Origin: a virus
Taxonomy: Duplodnaviria > Caudoviricetes
Virus record (IMG/VR): IMGVR_UViG_3300046167_000237
Span: 1-52,192 of that record
Reading direction: 5' to 3' (one strand)
Length of the DNA stretch: 52,192 nt
A program made the position numbers and the translations under genes. This document shows, piece by piece, positions 28,301 to 39,925 of this stretch. The stretch's first letter is position 1. Every line of letters starts with the position of its first letter. The notes beneath the pieces are model-generated. The model did not search any database and was not told where the DNA came from. It saw only the letters and a list, made by a program, of their open reading frames with translations.

Positions 28301-31300
28301 CAGACGGTCTTTGACCGCGCCCATATCTAGCTGACCTTTGGTGTTGTAGTAAGTACCCATATGCTCCCAGAACTCTACGCGGTCTTCTGGGGTCAGAATG
28401 TTACGATACGCCCAATGTGCCACCTCGTGATATAATGCAGCCATCTTAGGCTGTATTAGTTTTCTGGATGGGTCTGTGTTGATGTTAATGTACTGGCTTT
28501 CGGGCGCAGTAACTGATTGGATTTGCGTTTGAGCAAAGTAATCTCCACCGCTGTTCCCACGAATACTTGGAGCAATAGCAGGGTTGCCGCCTAGCTGTTG
28601 TAATAGCTTGCGAGCGTTGGCTAGTTCTTCCGAAGAAAACCCGTCGAAGGTATGTTCAACTGCGCTGATTGCGTCTTTTCGTTGCCTGTTTGCTGTTATG
28701 TAGCCGTTAGGATTGGCACGGTGCATCGCGCCATAAAGAGTTCGCAAAGACTGTGCGATAGTCCTTTGTCCCTCTACGGTCTTTGGCCAGCCCATCTTTG
28801 TGTCTAAGTAGTCAGTAGCCCAACGTAGCTTGGCAAACGGCACAATGTTGTTGTTGATCTTGTCAGTGTATCCGACGCCCCGTGCGGCTTGTGTATATAC
28901 AGCAAGCTCGTCTGGAGTTAGCGTCACTTCAATTAAATCTGCATCGTCGACCATCAACGGATCGCCAAGGCCAGTGGTGTTTCCACTGTTGAAGCGGCCA
29001 CCTTCGATTGGCTTTGTTGTTTCTTCTGGCAAGCTGTCGAACAGAGCTTCACGCGCACGCTGAGTGCGCGGGTTTGCATCCATTGGCGCGTAGCGCACAT
29101 CCCAGTTTTCATAGACGGATGATGACTTTTTAGGGTCTTGGCCAATAATGGCGAAGATGTCCTTGCCGTCCTCGATCTGCTTCTTGCTCATAATCCTGAT
29201 GTCGTCAGGGTTTTCTTTTGAGCGGACGATCAGCTTCTTATCGCCACGAGATGGAGCAGGTGATGGCTCCGCAGGTGTAGCTGGGTCAACAGCTACTTCT
29301 GGTTTCTTACCTTCTTTCCGCGCTCTCAGTTCTTTGAGCAGAGTATCGACGTCTGCCTCGCCATCGCCAGCGTATTTTGCAAGTAGGCTTTTTAGAGTTT
29401 CATCCACACCTTTTTCTGGTGCAGCTTGCGTTGCTTTAGGCTGTGCAGACGGAGCTTCGCCGCGAGCTTTCAGTGCGAAGTCTCGGCTGGAGAATGAACG
29501 TCCAGTGACAGCGTCTGCCCATGCAGTCGCGCCCTTCTTAACCTCGACAAGACCGCCCGGAGCGAATACTTTCTCGGCTCCAGTGGTTGTGTAGGGTACA
29601 AGGTCTGGCCCCTTGCCAGAGTTTGCACGAAGCATTGCTTCTTCACGGCCAAAATCTGCTGGGCTTGCGTTGTACCCACTAGAAACAGTGTAATCTGATC
29701 CTTTAGCAATACGTGTTCCACGGCGCAGAATACCTTGGATTTTGCCAGTGGCTGCGGAGCGGCCTGCTGTTGTATATACGGTCTTCTGGTCGATACCTTT
29801 TTGTGCAGACCGCATGCCTGATGACGACTTGTTGCCACGCATCTCAGTGATACGCGCCTCTGCCATAACAGTCAGAGCATCATCACTCGCATCTGGCATT
29901 TCTTTCTTGTACTGCTTCTTCAGTCTCGCGATCTGCTTGAGTTCAGTCTGAGTGAAGATGTCGCTACGGCTTTCGTCGATCATTGTAGAGCGACTGATGT
30001 CGTACTCGGCTAAAGCCAGAAGGTCGTCGAGGTCTGTCTCGAAGTCTGACGCACGACCAAGCAGAGCAACGCCAGAGCGTATGTCGTCTGCGTCCATGAC
30101 TGTCGCCTTGCGCATCGAGCAGATCAATAATGTCATCAAGTTCTTTGCGAGCTTGCGTGGCGTAGGGATCAATCCCTGCGTCAGCTTTTCGTGTGCGGAT
30201 GGCTTTGCTGACGACGCCTTTGGTAATACGGTTATTTGATTTTGCGCTGGGCGTTAGACTGCGCCAGTCAAGACCTTCAGCCAAGGCACGACCACGTAGC
30301 TCCATCGAAATCTCTGGAGCATTACCAGCGGCGTCCAGACCGTTGCGGCTACTGTACAGCTTGGCTAGTTCGTCAGCTTCTGCATCTGTAAGGCCAGACG
30401 CATTCGCCTGTGCGCGGATAGCATCAAGAAGCTCAAGGGGATTGTCGCGGAATGCCTCGTTGCCAAGGTCGACTTGTGCAAGGACGCCTTCGAGCTTTTC
30501 GTCAGGTGTTAGTTCTTTGGGGCCAAGTGCTTTCTGGATGTCCCGACCGCCTTGAGCAATCTCTTTGATCGTTCGGATGTCAGAAACACTAGAGCGGACA
30601 AGCTGTCCTCTCTTGCCTGTCGATACGCGACCGCTTTCTATATCGCGTGCAAGGTCTGCTTCTGTGTAGTCGCCATCAAGAAGTGCGCGGACTTTGGTTT
30701 CTTGTGTGCCAAATGCAATCGGCTTGGTTTCAGCCGCTGGTTCGGCAGACGCTTCAGGTGCAGCTTCAGGTTCAGGAGTTGCTGGTGCGTCTGTCCCTGG
30801 CGCAGACGTAGTTTCCATCGGCCCGTCTGTGGACGGCGCGTCTGTCATAATTTCTGTTTCCGGCGGAGCTTCAGCAGCAGGTGCCAATTCACCTTCGGGT
30901 GCGTCTGGCTCGGCCTCTGGTGTCTGGCGCATACCAAACCCGTCTCGCTCCATACGTGCCAACATTTCGTCTGGAGTTAGGCCGTCAGAAGTTTGCAAGA
31001 CCCGACGAACTTGAGACATGTAGTCTTCGTAACGACGGCGCATGTCTCGCGCTTTGTTTATGTCAGCTACGTCGTTGGACTTTTCTAGTTCTGCAATTTG
31101 TTTCGCTTCGCGTTCGGCACGAGCAACTGCTGTGCGTAAAGCGGCCATGTCAGCAGTCTCGTTGACTGCATTGTTTATTGTTTCTGCCTCTGCACCAGAC
31201 GCACGTATTCTGTCTAAGTGTGATCTGGCGGCTGTAGTGGCGGCATTGAGTTGGCTTGTTACGTCAGCAAGATCGCCAGCAAGATCGCCAAACTCAGCAG

Positions 31301-32207
31301 TGTTAAGTGTAGTCTGTGGTGCGGCTTCGGCTGCGGGGGCTTCGGGGGCAGGTGCTTCGGGCTGTGGCTGGCTAAACTGATCGACGTCACGAGTGCCAAC
31401 CGCTAGTTCATCTAACGCGCGTGTGCCACCTCGTTGCAAGGTTTCGAGAATTTGCGTGTCTGACAAACCCTTGGCACGCAAGCTATCAATGTCAGCCACT
31501 CCTTGCCGTGCGCCAGCAACAGATGAAGGCAAACCAATCGCGCCACCAACACCCGCTCCCAAAACACCACCTGCCAATGCAGATAAGCCAAGCTCGCGGC
31601 CACTAAAACTATCTCGTGCGCCTGTCGCGATGTCTCTAGCCTGACCCGCCGCGTTCACGATTGCTTCTTGTCCACCAGAGATTGCGGCTTCCGAGCCAGC
31701 GGCTCGTGCTGTACCAGACGCAACGCCTCGTGCTACGGGTGCAGACTTTCCAGCCGCATAGGCGGCTCGTGCTGATGTAGCCGCGCCTTTGTAACCAGCA
31801 ACACCGGGAATGAGGTTAAGTGGGTCTGCCACAATCGCTGTCGCGATGTCGCCAAGTGCGCCTGTACCTCGGCCACCTTCTTGCCAGAAGCTAGGGAGTT
31901 GTCGATACACGCTGTCAATACGGCGCATTCGTTCGCGCTGCTCTGGAGATGCAGTAGACGCTTCGAAGGCATCACTCACAGCACCAACTGTGTTTAGATC
32001 GCCCCAGTTCTGATCAGAGTAAAACGCATCAATCAGATACTTGTCGTCTGCGAAGTAACGACCTTTATCGTTGTAGTAAGCGCGTAGGTCTTTCAAAAAC
32101 CTTGGGTCTTTGAGGATTTTCTGTGGGTTTACAGACGCTGAGTAGTCGGCTGCGGGTGCGGACTTGAACGCATTAGGGTCAAGATTGCTGTTCTTAAATA
32201 AGCTCAT
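22384..32207 (-). CDS. giant (~3,270 aa) polyvalent internal-virion/ejection protein; apparent insertions near 30100 and 27000
   Basis: three ORFs join on removing single bases; YHGT...GPGYYLT...GYDG...FNPEQ ART-like domain; HEVAH...EFFA zincin-like domain; last gene of the virion block. Confidence 0.7.
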
Positions 32208-32277
32208 CGAAGCGGTTCTCCAGTTTACCGGGTTACGATAAGCCTAGATTACTGGAGATGACGTCTGTTGGTCGTCC

Positions 32278-34542
32278 TTACTGGTTTCTTTCAAGCCAGC
32301 TTCTATACCAGCCGCCGCCCTTATATTGCTTCATGTACTCGTATGGGTCACGCAGGAAGGCGGTATATTCATCCATGTCTTCTGCAATGACCCTGCCGAT
32401 ACCTTCTGGCCCACTACTATCACCTAACCAGAATATGTTCACAGCATCGTTCATATCACCGCCTAAATTGAACAAGAATGCGTTTAGTGCTTTCTTGTCC
32501 ATAAATTCTTCATCCGACTGTTCGACAGTTCGCTTGCCATAGAAGCTCGTGTCTAACGATGTTTGCTTGAAAGTCTCTCTTATCTTGCCAAGGCGGTTTC
32601 CTATAACATCCTCAACTTGGTTTTCGCGTTGATTTACAGTAGAGCCATCCGGGTTTATGCCAGAGTTATTTACTTCTGGGTCTGTCTTTAGGCTTTCTAA
32701 GATTGCTTGTTCTGCCATCGAAATTTGCGTCTGTAGCAAGTCTGAAATTTCAGCCATAGATGAGTTTAGAGTGTCATCAAGCGTTGCAACTTTCGCGTCA
32801 TCCCACACACCGCCCTCAATATCCAGCCAGCCCATGCCTCCGTTAGCTTCTTTCTGCTGACGTCTTAACATATCCCAACGCGAGCGCGTTTGGTTAGTTA
32901 CGCTAGTAACTTCTGTTGCGAAGTTTCTAAGATAAGTGAGTAGGGTCTCTGGATCATCCGCATATATCTGGGCAGCTTGTTCTATTTTTTGTTTCGCGTC
33001 TGGTGCTGTAGCTTGGATTTGCTCCAACTCACCATTCATCCAGTTATCAAACGTCTGTATCTCTGGACTTGCCAAAGTATTTTTTAGCGTTGAATTTAAT
33101 CTGTCTTTAGCATCCCGTAAGGTTCTACCTTTTGTTACAGACTGGAAGCCTGCATCTTTTTTAACCATGTCGATAAGCATAATCGCGTTTGTACTTTCAC
33201 CTTCTTGAACCTGACTAAATACATTTTCTATTGCAGCCAATACTGCTGGTGTCATTTCATATTCTTGAGCTAATATGCTCGCAGCATACGCGCCTTTCTG
33301 CCCGGTGAAGCCGACACTTTCTGGCCCTTTGTCTTTTGTTGGGTTTCCAAAATACGCTTCTGCTTGAGCAAGGTTTTGATCTATCAGCGTTTTCTGTGCC
33401 GCTAAAACTTGATCATTGACCGAAGCTCTCTCAGTGCTGGCAAGCCCACGTTGTTGTAGACGCAGTTCTTGACGTACTTGCGCAACGTAATCCCCAAGAT
33501 ATGCTTCTGGGTTGTCTGTAATTTTTTTGAGAGTGGCGTCTGCGCCGAATATAGTTTGGATGTCCTCTGGAGCCATGCCGTTCAAACGAGAGACTATGTA
33601 ACTAAGGGTCTCTTTGTCGTCTTGCAGAACAATCGAGCTTTTCATTGACTTGCTGTCAACCAAACCTGAAACAAAAGTGTCCACTAATTGCTTCGCTTCT
33701 CTTGTCCGCTCTAACTTAGTGCGGTTCGCATTATCAGTCGCCTCGGCAACTAAACTTGTTATGAATACACTGTCTGATTTGGGTACGTTTTCTGACCCAA
33801 ACATTTCAACTAATGCTTCATGTATATTAGGATTTTCCGCAAGTATTAGCTTTTGAGCTACACCAAGCATTTCAGCTTTTCTTTTTCGTGCGAACTCGTC
33901 ACGAAGCTCATCATCTAAAACTTTAGCTTGGTTAAGAAGAGGTGTGACGAAAGCTGTAGGCACACCCATTTTTTGAAGGTCGGATGCAGTAATATTTTTC
34001 CCACCAGAATTTTTTATAAAAGCCGTAACTTTTGGCAGGTAGTTCCCAATGCGGTCGGCTATTGCCGTCTGACGCAACTGTGGTGAGAACATGGAATTTA
34101 CATCAATGCCCATATTTTCAAAGTCAACATTAGGGAACCGCTCTTTTAAACTGTCCGCCATTGCTGTGAAATCTTTTTGCTCGTATCCACTGTCACCGGG
34201 GTCAGCGTAATCAAGCATAATACCAGTTACTGCGCCTTTTATGGATTCTTGAGCCTCGACGGAGTTTTTAAAGTTAGCGAACTCTTGTTCTTTTAGTGCC
34301 TGCGCACGGCGAGTGTCTGCTCTATCTGTGATTGCTTTGAGCATATCGCCAGACGGCATACCACCGCGCAGGTAATTGCTACCGCCAGCCATGCTGTCGA
34401 TGAAGGCTTGGAACTCCATTGGGTTCGCTGTCGGGTTCTGACGCTGAAACTCTTGGAAGGCTTTAGCCAGTTCGAGGCGTTTGCGCTCGCCTGTATCCTG
34501 TTGCTTTCTGTACCCGTCTGAAAATCCTACGAAGTCTATCAT
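32278..34542 (-). CDS. probable internal virion (ejection) protein
   Basis: 754-aa helical protein between tail genes and the giant protein. Confidence 0.6.
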   Translation of the reverse strand: MIDFVGFSDGYRKQQDTGERKRLELAKAFQEFQRQNPTANPMEFQAFIDSMAGGSNYLRGGMPSGDMLKAITDRADTRRAQALKEQEFANFKNSVEAQESIKGAVTGIMLDYADPGDSGYEQKDFTAMADSLKERFPNVDFENMGIDVNSMFSPQLRQTAIADRIGNYLPKVTAFIKNSGGKNITASDLQKMGVPTAFVTPLLNQAKVLDDELRDEFARKRKAEMLGVAQKLILAENPNIHEALVEMFGSENVPKSDSVFITSLVAEATDNANRTKLERTREAKQLVDTFVSGLVDSKSMKSSIVLQDDKETLSYIVSRLNGMAPEDIQTIFGADATLKKITDNPEAYLGDYVAQVRQELRLQQRGLASTERASVNDQVLAAQKTLIDQNLAQAEAYFGNPTKDKGPESVGFTGQKGAYAASILAQEYEMTPAVLAAIENVFSQVQEGESTNAIMLIDMVKKDAGFQSVTKGRTLRDAKDRLNSTLKNTLASPEIQTFDNWMNGELEQIQATAPDAKQKIEQAAQIYADDPETLLTYLRNFATEVTSVTNQTRSRWDMLRRQQKEANGGMGWLDIEGGVWDDAKVATLDDTLNSSMAEISDLLQTQISMAEQAILESLKTDPEVNNSGINPDGSTVNQRENQVEDVIGNRLGKIRETFKQTSLDTSFYGKRTVEQSDEEFMDKKALNAFLFNLGGDMNDAVNIFWLGDSSGPEGIGRVIAEDMDEYTAFLRDPYEYMKQYKGGGWYRSWLERNQ

Positions 34543-34544
34543 CT

Positions 34545-36080
34545 CTACCCACCGAACCCAAAGAAGTTATTGAAGCCCTTGCTAAAGCTATCGTTTATGC
34601 CGCTGAATATACCCGGCTGACCTACTGGGCCATAAGTCGCTTTACCGTCTGCGTAGCCTGTAATGCCATACTGCTGACCTTGCGACTGGTTGTTTAAGAA
34701 CTTGTTGAACGACTGACCGAAGCCAGAAGAGGCTGAGTAAGAACGGTCGGCTGCGTTTTGCGCAGACGTTGCCGATGCGTTGTACAAGTTGTTTCCGATA
34801 TTCATGGCGTTGGACATGTATGTGTTCGGATCATTTGTTGTTACGCCGTATGGATTGAAGATCGCGCTGTCGATATTAAAGCCAGCGTTGCTCACCATGC
34901 TCGTTGGGCGCGTATAATCTGCAATCCCCGGTGACATAGTGCCTTGGACGGCTGCGGTGCCAATCTGCATTGGGGCGCGGAAGTTTCCTGCGCTCGATAC
35001 GTTGCGGTTGTAAATTGCAGACGGAACCATCTGAGCCAGACGATAGGCGTCGACGGCTGATGCCGCCTGCGGAACCTTCATAAGTTGGTCAATGCCTGCG
35101 CCAGCGACGTTAGCTGTCTCGCCAAGAATGCCAGCACGGCGTTTCATAATGCTGTCGACATTGCTTGTTAGGGCTGACTGCTCGCCAGTAATGTAGCGAA
35201 GTGCGTCGTCATATGCTCGGCTGCGTGCATCTTGGTATTCGTTGGCGATGCGCTCGGTAATATCACCACGACGGGCTGTGCCTTGTGTGCTGCGATCCAT
35301 TCCGCCTCGGATCAAACCTGCCTCGTTTACAGATGCAACACGGTCTGCTGCTCGATCAACGTCACCCTGATACTGGCTTGTACGTCTGTCGATCTCTGTC
35401 GCAATGTCTGCACTCGTAAGTTGGTCAATCTCTGGAATGTAGCCAAGGCCAGCCGCAGTGTTTTGAACTGCGTCTTGCATGCCGTAAATGCTCTGCATAA
35501 TCGCGTTGCGATCCTGTAGCTGCTGGTCTCTTTCTAGCTGGGCTTGCCCTTTTGCCTCATTGAACTGGTCAGTCAGAAACTCGCGCTCGATGCGAGCCAT
35601 TTCACGCTCTTCAAGAAAGCGGCGCATGTCCTCATCGCGTTCGCCAGAGGCGATTGCTTTGACTTGCTCAAGCTGTTGTATCGCGAACTGGCGTTCGTCT
35701 TCTGCAATGTCTTGACGCTTCAGAAGGTTTTCTAAGTTGAACTGCTGTATCTTCGCAGCCTCACGGTCTTCCTTGACCTGACGCTCGATGTCTAAGCGTC
35801 TGTCTTCCATCAGATACTCTTGGTTCTGACGAAGTTGACCTAGCTCAAACTCACGTTCTTGCGAGCGGAGGCGTCTGTTAAACCGCTCCATCTCCCGCTG
35901 GTATTCGTTTTCCATGCGCTGCTCTCTTTGAGCATCACGCATCATTCCAAGGTTAGCTTCCTGCAAATCCTGTTGTTTGCGGAATTGGTAATCCTGTTGT
36001 GCGCGAGCAGCCGCAGCGTCGCGAGACGCTGATGCTGCACCTATCGCGCTACCTGCTAAACCTAAGACTGCTGAAAACAT
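34545..36080 (-). CDS. probable internal virion (DNA pilot-like) protein
   Basis: Gly/Ala-rich hydrophobic N-terminus followed by Q/E/R coiled coil. Confidence 0.6.
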   Translation of the reverse strand: MFSAVLGLAGSAIGAASASRDAAAARAQQDYQFRKQQDLQEANLGMMRDAQREQRMENEYQREMERFNRRLRSQEREFELGQLRQNQEYLMEDRRLDIERQVKEDREAAKIQQFNLENLLKRQDIAEDERQFAIQQLEQVKAIASGERDEDMRRFLEEREMARIEREFLTDQFNEAKGQAQLERDQQLQDRNAIMQSIYGMQDAVQNTAAGLGYIPEIDQLTSADIATEIDRRTSQYQGDVDRAADRVASVNEAGLIRGGMDRSTQGTARRGDITERIANEYQDARSRAYDDALRYITGEQSALTSNVDSIMKRRAGILGETANVAGAGIDQLMKVPQAASAVDAYRLAQMVPSAIYNRNVSSAGNFRAPMQIGTAAVQGTMSPGIADYTRPTSMVSNAGFNIDSAIFNPYGVTTNDPNTYMSNAMNIGNNLYNASATSAQNAADRSYSASSGFGQSFNKFLNNQSQGQQYGITGYADGKATYGPVGQPGIFSGINDSFSKGFNNFFGFGG

Positions 36081-36084
36081 CTAG

Positions 36085-37944
36085 TTAAGCCCTCATTACA
36101 TTTTGTGCGAACGCAGATGGTGCCAGTGTATTCCCGTACTCCTCCTCCTCTTGATCAGCCAACATTTGCATGTATGCCTGCAAAGTTACTGGATCAACTT
36201 GGGAGAAGTCTTGGAACTCAGGGACACCCGATGCACCCACGGTTGAAAGGATTTGCTCTCTAGCGATGCGGTCGCGCTCTGTCACCGCTTCTTCGTCACG
36301 CTCAAGTCTTTGCCGCTCTGAGTTCAAACGGTCTTGTGCAGACTGGATTTCATCAAGAGCTTGCTGCGCGTTGTAAAGTTCTACTTCAGCATTCAAAGCG
36401 TCAAACTCTCCTTGGTTCCCGCCAAGATCGTCTGTGCCATAATATGAAGCATTGTTTACCTGTTCGAGCAGTGCTTGTGCGCGTGTTTCAAGAGCGGTGC
36501 GTGCCTCGTTTAGCTCGTTCATACGCGTCTCGATTGCACCTGCGGCTGTATCAAGTTGACCACTGATGTCGCCAACTCTGCCACCTGAGAACCGAGCAAG
36601 ATCACCACCTGCGTCTGTAAGCTGTGACGCCAGATTGCGCATGCCAGTCTCATCGTAGGCTTCGAGGTCTGTCAAAGCAGAACCTGATGCCCCGGTGATT
36701 TGAGACAAGATGCTATCAAGTGCTTCCTGACGCTGCTCATTCAAAGAAGCCAGAGCCACGTCTGTGTCACTCAATGCGCCAGTCGTGTCGCCAAAGTCGT
36801 AGTCTAACTGCGATGTGAAGCCGCCAATGTTCTGGCGTAAATCACGAAGCTGGTCTTCCAAGGCGTCAATGCCTGCCGCGCTGTAGATACTGCCAGTTTC
36901 TGCTGACCCCTCTAGGGCGCGTGCTTGGTTGAGATAGTCACGTTCTGCACGGCTAATGCGAGATAGCTCGTCCTGACGCTCGCCAGACAACTGGTTTACG
37001 TCGCGAAGCAAGTCGCTTAGTTCGCCTGTCTCTTGGTTGAAGTCAAAGCCAAGCTCGGATGAGAACCGACCTGCCTGACGATTGCGGTCTTCGATCTGGC
37101 TGATGAGGTCGTTGATGCCAGTCTCGTCTGCGATTGTCAGACCGCCTAAAGTATTGCGATAGGCGTCTGCGTCAGTGAGCAAGCCTTGCTCGTAAGTATT
37201 GATGCGGTCTAACTCTGCCTGCCTTTGATTGCGAAGATCGCCAAGACCTTGCGTCAAACCAGAGTATTGACTGTCGAACTGTGTGAACCCGTCTGGGAAC
37301 ATTTGATTTAGGATGGGAGATGAGAAACCTGTGCGGCCAACATTGAGTGCGGAGAGGTCGCGCTCTAGCTGGTTCATCTGGTTCTCGTCTGCAATCCCCA
37401 GTTGGCCTAGCTGAGTGCTAAAGCCAGCGAGGCTTCCCAGCCCTTGGTTGCGATACTCGTTAATCCGATTAACTTCGTTATCTCGTTCACGTTGCAAGCC
37501 GCTCAATGTTCCTGACAAGCCAGAAACATTGTTCATAAGGTTGTCATACTTGTTGGTATTGAGCTTCAACAAGTCTGGGATGTTCGTAATGCCGACGTTC
37601 CCGTACTCGCTCGAAACACTGCTATCAAATGTCGGCTTCTCAAGATCAAAACTCAGGTTGCCCAAGCCTGATGAGAGATTTCCGATTTGCGTGTTGAAGC
37701 CAGCGTAAGGGTTTTCGTTTACTGCGGTTGTAGGATCATCATAGAGGTCAGCATAAGTTAAGCCACCAACGCCACTTGATAAGTTGGTGAAGGTGTTGCC
37801 ATAGCCTGATAGGCTATCATTGTAGCTTTTAACGGCCTCGTTATACGTGTCCGCTTTTTTCTTGTAATTAGCCTCGGTGTCGAGACGGATTTGTTTTTTC
37901 TCTGCCGTATAATCGGGTGGTGGAGCTGGACTGGACTTACCCAT
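36085..37944 (-). CDS. probable virion protein, coiled-coil
   Basis: MGKSSPAPPPDY start typical of podovirus ejection-type proteins; follows the GNAT gene. Confidence 0.6.
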   Translation of the reverse strand: MGKSSPAPPPDYTAEKKQIRLDTEANYKKKADTYNEAVKSYNDSLSGYGNTFTNLSSGVGGLTYADLYDDPTTAVNENPYAGFNTQIGNLSSGLGNLSFDLEKPTFDSSVSSEYGNVGITNIPDLLKLNTNKYDNLMNNVSGLSGTLSGLQRERDNEVNRINEYRNQGLGSLAGFSTQLGQLGIADENQMNQLERDLSALNVGRTGFSSPILNQMFPDGFTQFDSQYSGLTQGLGDLRNQRQAELDRINTYEQGLLTDADAYRNTLGGLTIADETGINDLISQIEDRNRQAGRFSSELGFDFNQETGELSDLLRDVNQLSGERQDELSRISRAERDYLNQARALEGSAETGSIYSAAGIDALEDQLRDLRQNIGGFTSQLDYDFGDTTGALSDTDVALASLNEQRQEALDSILSQITGASGSALTDLEAYDETGMRNLASQLTDAGGDLARFSGGRVGDISGQLDTAAGAIETRMNELNEARTALETRAQALLEQVNNASYYGTDDLGGNQGEFDALNAEVELYNAQQALDEIQSAQDRLNSERQRLERDEEAVTERDRIAREQILSTVGASGVPEFQDFSQVDPVTLQAYMQMLADQEEEEYGNTLAPSAFAQNVMRA

Positions 37945-37947
37945 AAC

Positions 37948-38361
37948 TTACCTCTCTAGCCATTTGCATTCTGATCGGAGTTGTCCGAAGACAATGCCAT
38001 CTTTAGGGTTGAAATAAGATCGAAGCCGTCCTTCTTCTTTGAAGCCAAGACCTCGCAGAAGTTTGATCGACTTTCGGTTACTTTCGTTGACGAGCGCGGA
38101 AATTCTAATACATCCGCACTGGTCGAAAACGTATTCGTAGAGCAACTTGATGTAGCGTCTGTGCCACCAGCAGGGGTCTGTGGTGACGACGCTGACGTGG
38201 ATGTCGTTGCCCGTGTATTCTGTGAACACGACTGCACCAACAAGATCACCGTGTCGCTCAAAGCCAAACGCTTGGAAGTTTGCCCATTGGACATTCCCTT
38301 CAAGTTTTGGCTTTGCCCATTTTGCAACGCGGTGTTTGTCATCTGTTATTACCTCAATCAT
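37948..38361 (-). CDS. GNAT-family acetyltransferase-like protein
   Basis: YVFDQCGC.RI.ALV.ESN.KS..L...LGFKEEGRLR. Confidence 0.75.
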   Translation of the reverse strand: MIEVITDDKHRVAKWAKPKLEGNVQWANFQAFGFERHGDLVGAVVFTEYTGNDIHVSVVTTDPCWWHRRYIKLLYEYVFDQCGCIRISALVNESNRKSIKLLRGLGFKEEGRLRSYFNPKDGIVFGQLRSECKWLER

Positions 38362-38364
38362 TAG

Positions 38365-39924
38365 CTAGTCAGAACACTGACCGCCATTGTGACCTTCAAG
38401 CGCAGAGCCTGATGAGTTGTTGGTTACGATAAAGCCAATAGATTTAGATGCTGATGTCGCATCCACTTCGATTGGCGTGCCGATGGTGAACTCGTTTACT
38501 GTTGAGCTTACGCTGTATGTACTTCCAAATCCTGTGCCATTGACCGCCACTTGAACTGAGCAAGTGCCTGATGTCGTCTGCAAGGATAAGCCGTCAATCT
38601 GTATCTTCTGCTTGAAGATGCGTTTGATCGTGTAGGTGGTGATTGGCCGGGGTTGCGACTGTGTCGTAGAAGCTGTCACTCGCCAGTAATGAAGGAAGCT
38701 GAGATGAGGGCAGCCGTCCTGTACTGTCGAGTGATGCAACACCATTGGCGGCACCCTTTTGGGTGACGGCAATCACAGACGACAAGTCGACTGTACCATA
38801 TTCTAGCGCGGTTCCAGTGCCGTTTACTTTTACGAACTGTCCAGAGTTTGCCGTTGTGAATGTAGGCAGAGAGCTTTCTGGTGACGTTTTCAGCCACTGG
38901 GTGCCATCGTAGAATTTGAGTTGGTTTGGGGTGACAGACGTATCATGCCACAAGTCGCCCGTTGCAGGGCCGCTTGGAGATGTGGCTGATACTGTGAGTT
39001 TTGCTTTTGCCCCAAGGTCTGTCGTCAAGCTGACGACTTTTGCCTGTGGGATAGACGCGTTGTCGATCTTAATCTTTGCGAGTTGGATCAGGCCGCTATC
39101 TGTATGAACGTAATCTTCCTCGAACATCATGCCAGTAACAGCTTGGACAGATGTGTTCTCAACCGTGATGATTGAGATTGTGTTGCCCGATGCCACGTTG
39201 CTGTTGAAGGTTACAGTGTTGGATGATGGCGATGTCGTATAGTCGTTAGCACCACCCTCGCGCTGTAGGATACCGTTCTTGTAAACTTGCAGCTTGGTGT
39301 TCTCGTCGTGGACAAAAGGCGAACACAGCTTGGCTAGAAGTTGTGTCAGTGTCTGAGCGGTTAAAGCCAGTGATGGCTGTAGCACGTACCTTGAAGACGC
39401 TGACAACGTCGCCTGCGGATAAGCCGCTGTTGAATACAACTGCGCCTGCGCTCGATGTCCCGCCGGAAGCGTTGGTTGTGTAGTCGAAAGATGATCCGTT
39501 ACGCTTCAGAACGCCGTCGACGTAAACCAGTAGCTCGTCTGTGGCATCGTGAGCAGTAATCAAAGCTGGTTTGTGCAGACGTGGCTGTAAAGTCTACACG
39601 ACCGAATAAGATAGGTGCGCCGATTGTACCAAAGTCTTGGCCAGACGGGCCACGCAAGTCTGCCGCTGCGACCAGTGTGATCCAGCCGTCTGTTGTGTTT
39701 GAGTATTCGCCGACGCGGTACTCAATGTCGCCGCCTGTATTCTTTTGAAGCTCGATAGGGCCATCGAAGTTGCCGTTGGCATCAAATATTTTTGCAAGCA
39801 ATTCGCCAACTGTGTTGTTACCCAACTCAGCAGCGTTAAGGTATCTGATGACACCTTCAAATTCGTTGTTAATGTTCCCGCTTGAGCCGTAGTTCTGGGG
39901 GAATTGTTGTCTAATACGAGCCAT
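38365..39924 (-). CDS. tail-associated structural protein, split by several indels
   Basis: four partial ORFs with beta-rich T/S/G content, PATGDLWHDT and GVASLDSTGRLP motifs. Confidence 0.6.
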
Positions 39925-39925
39925 T

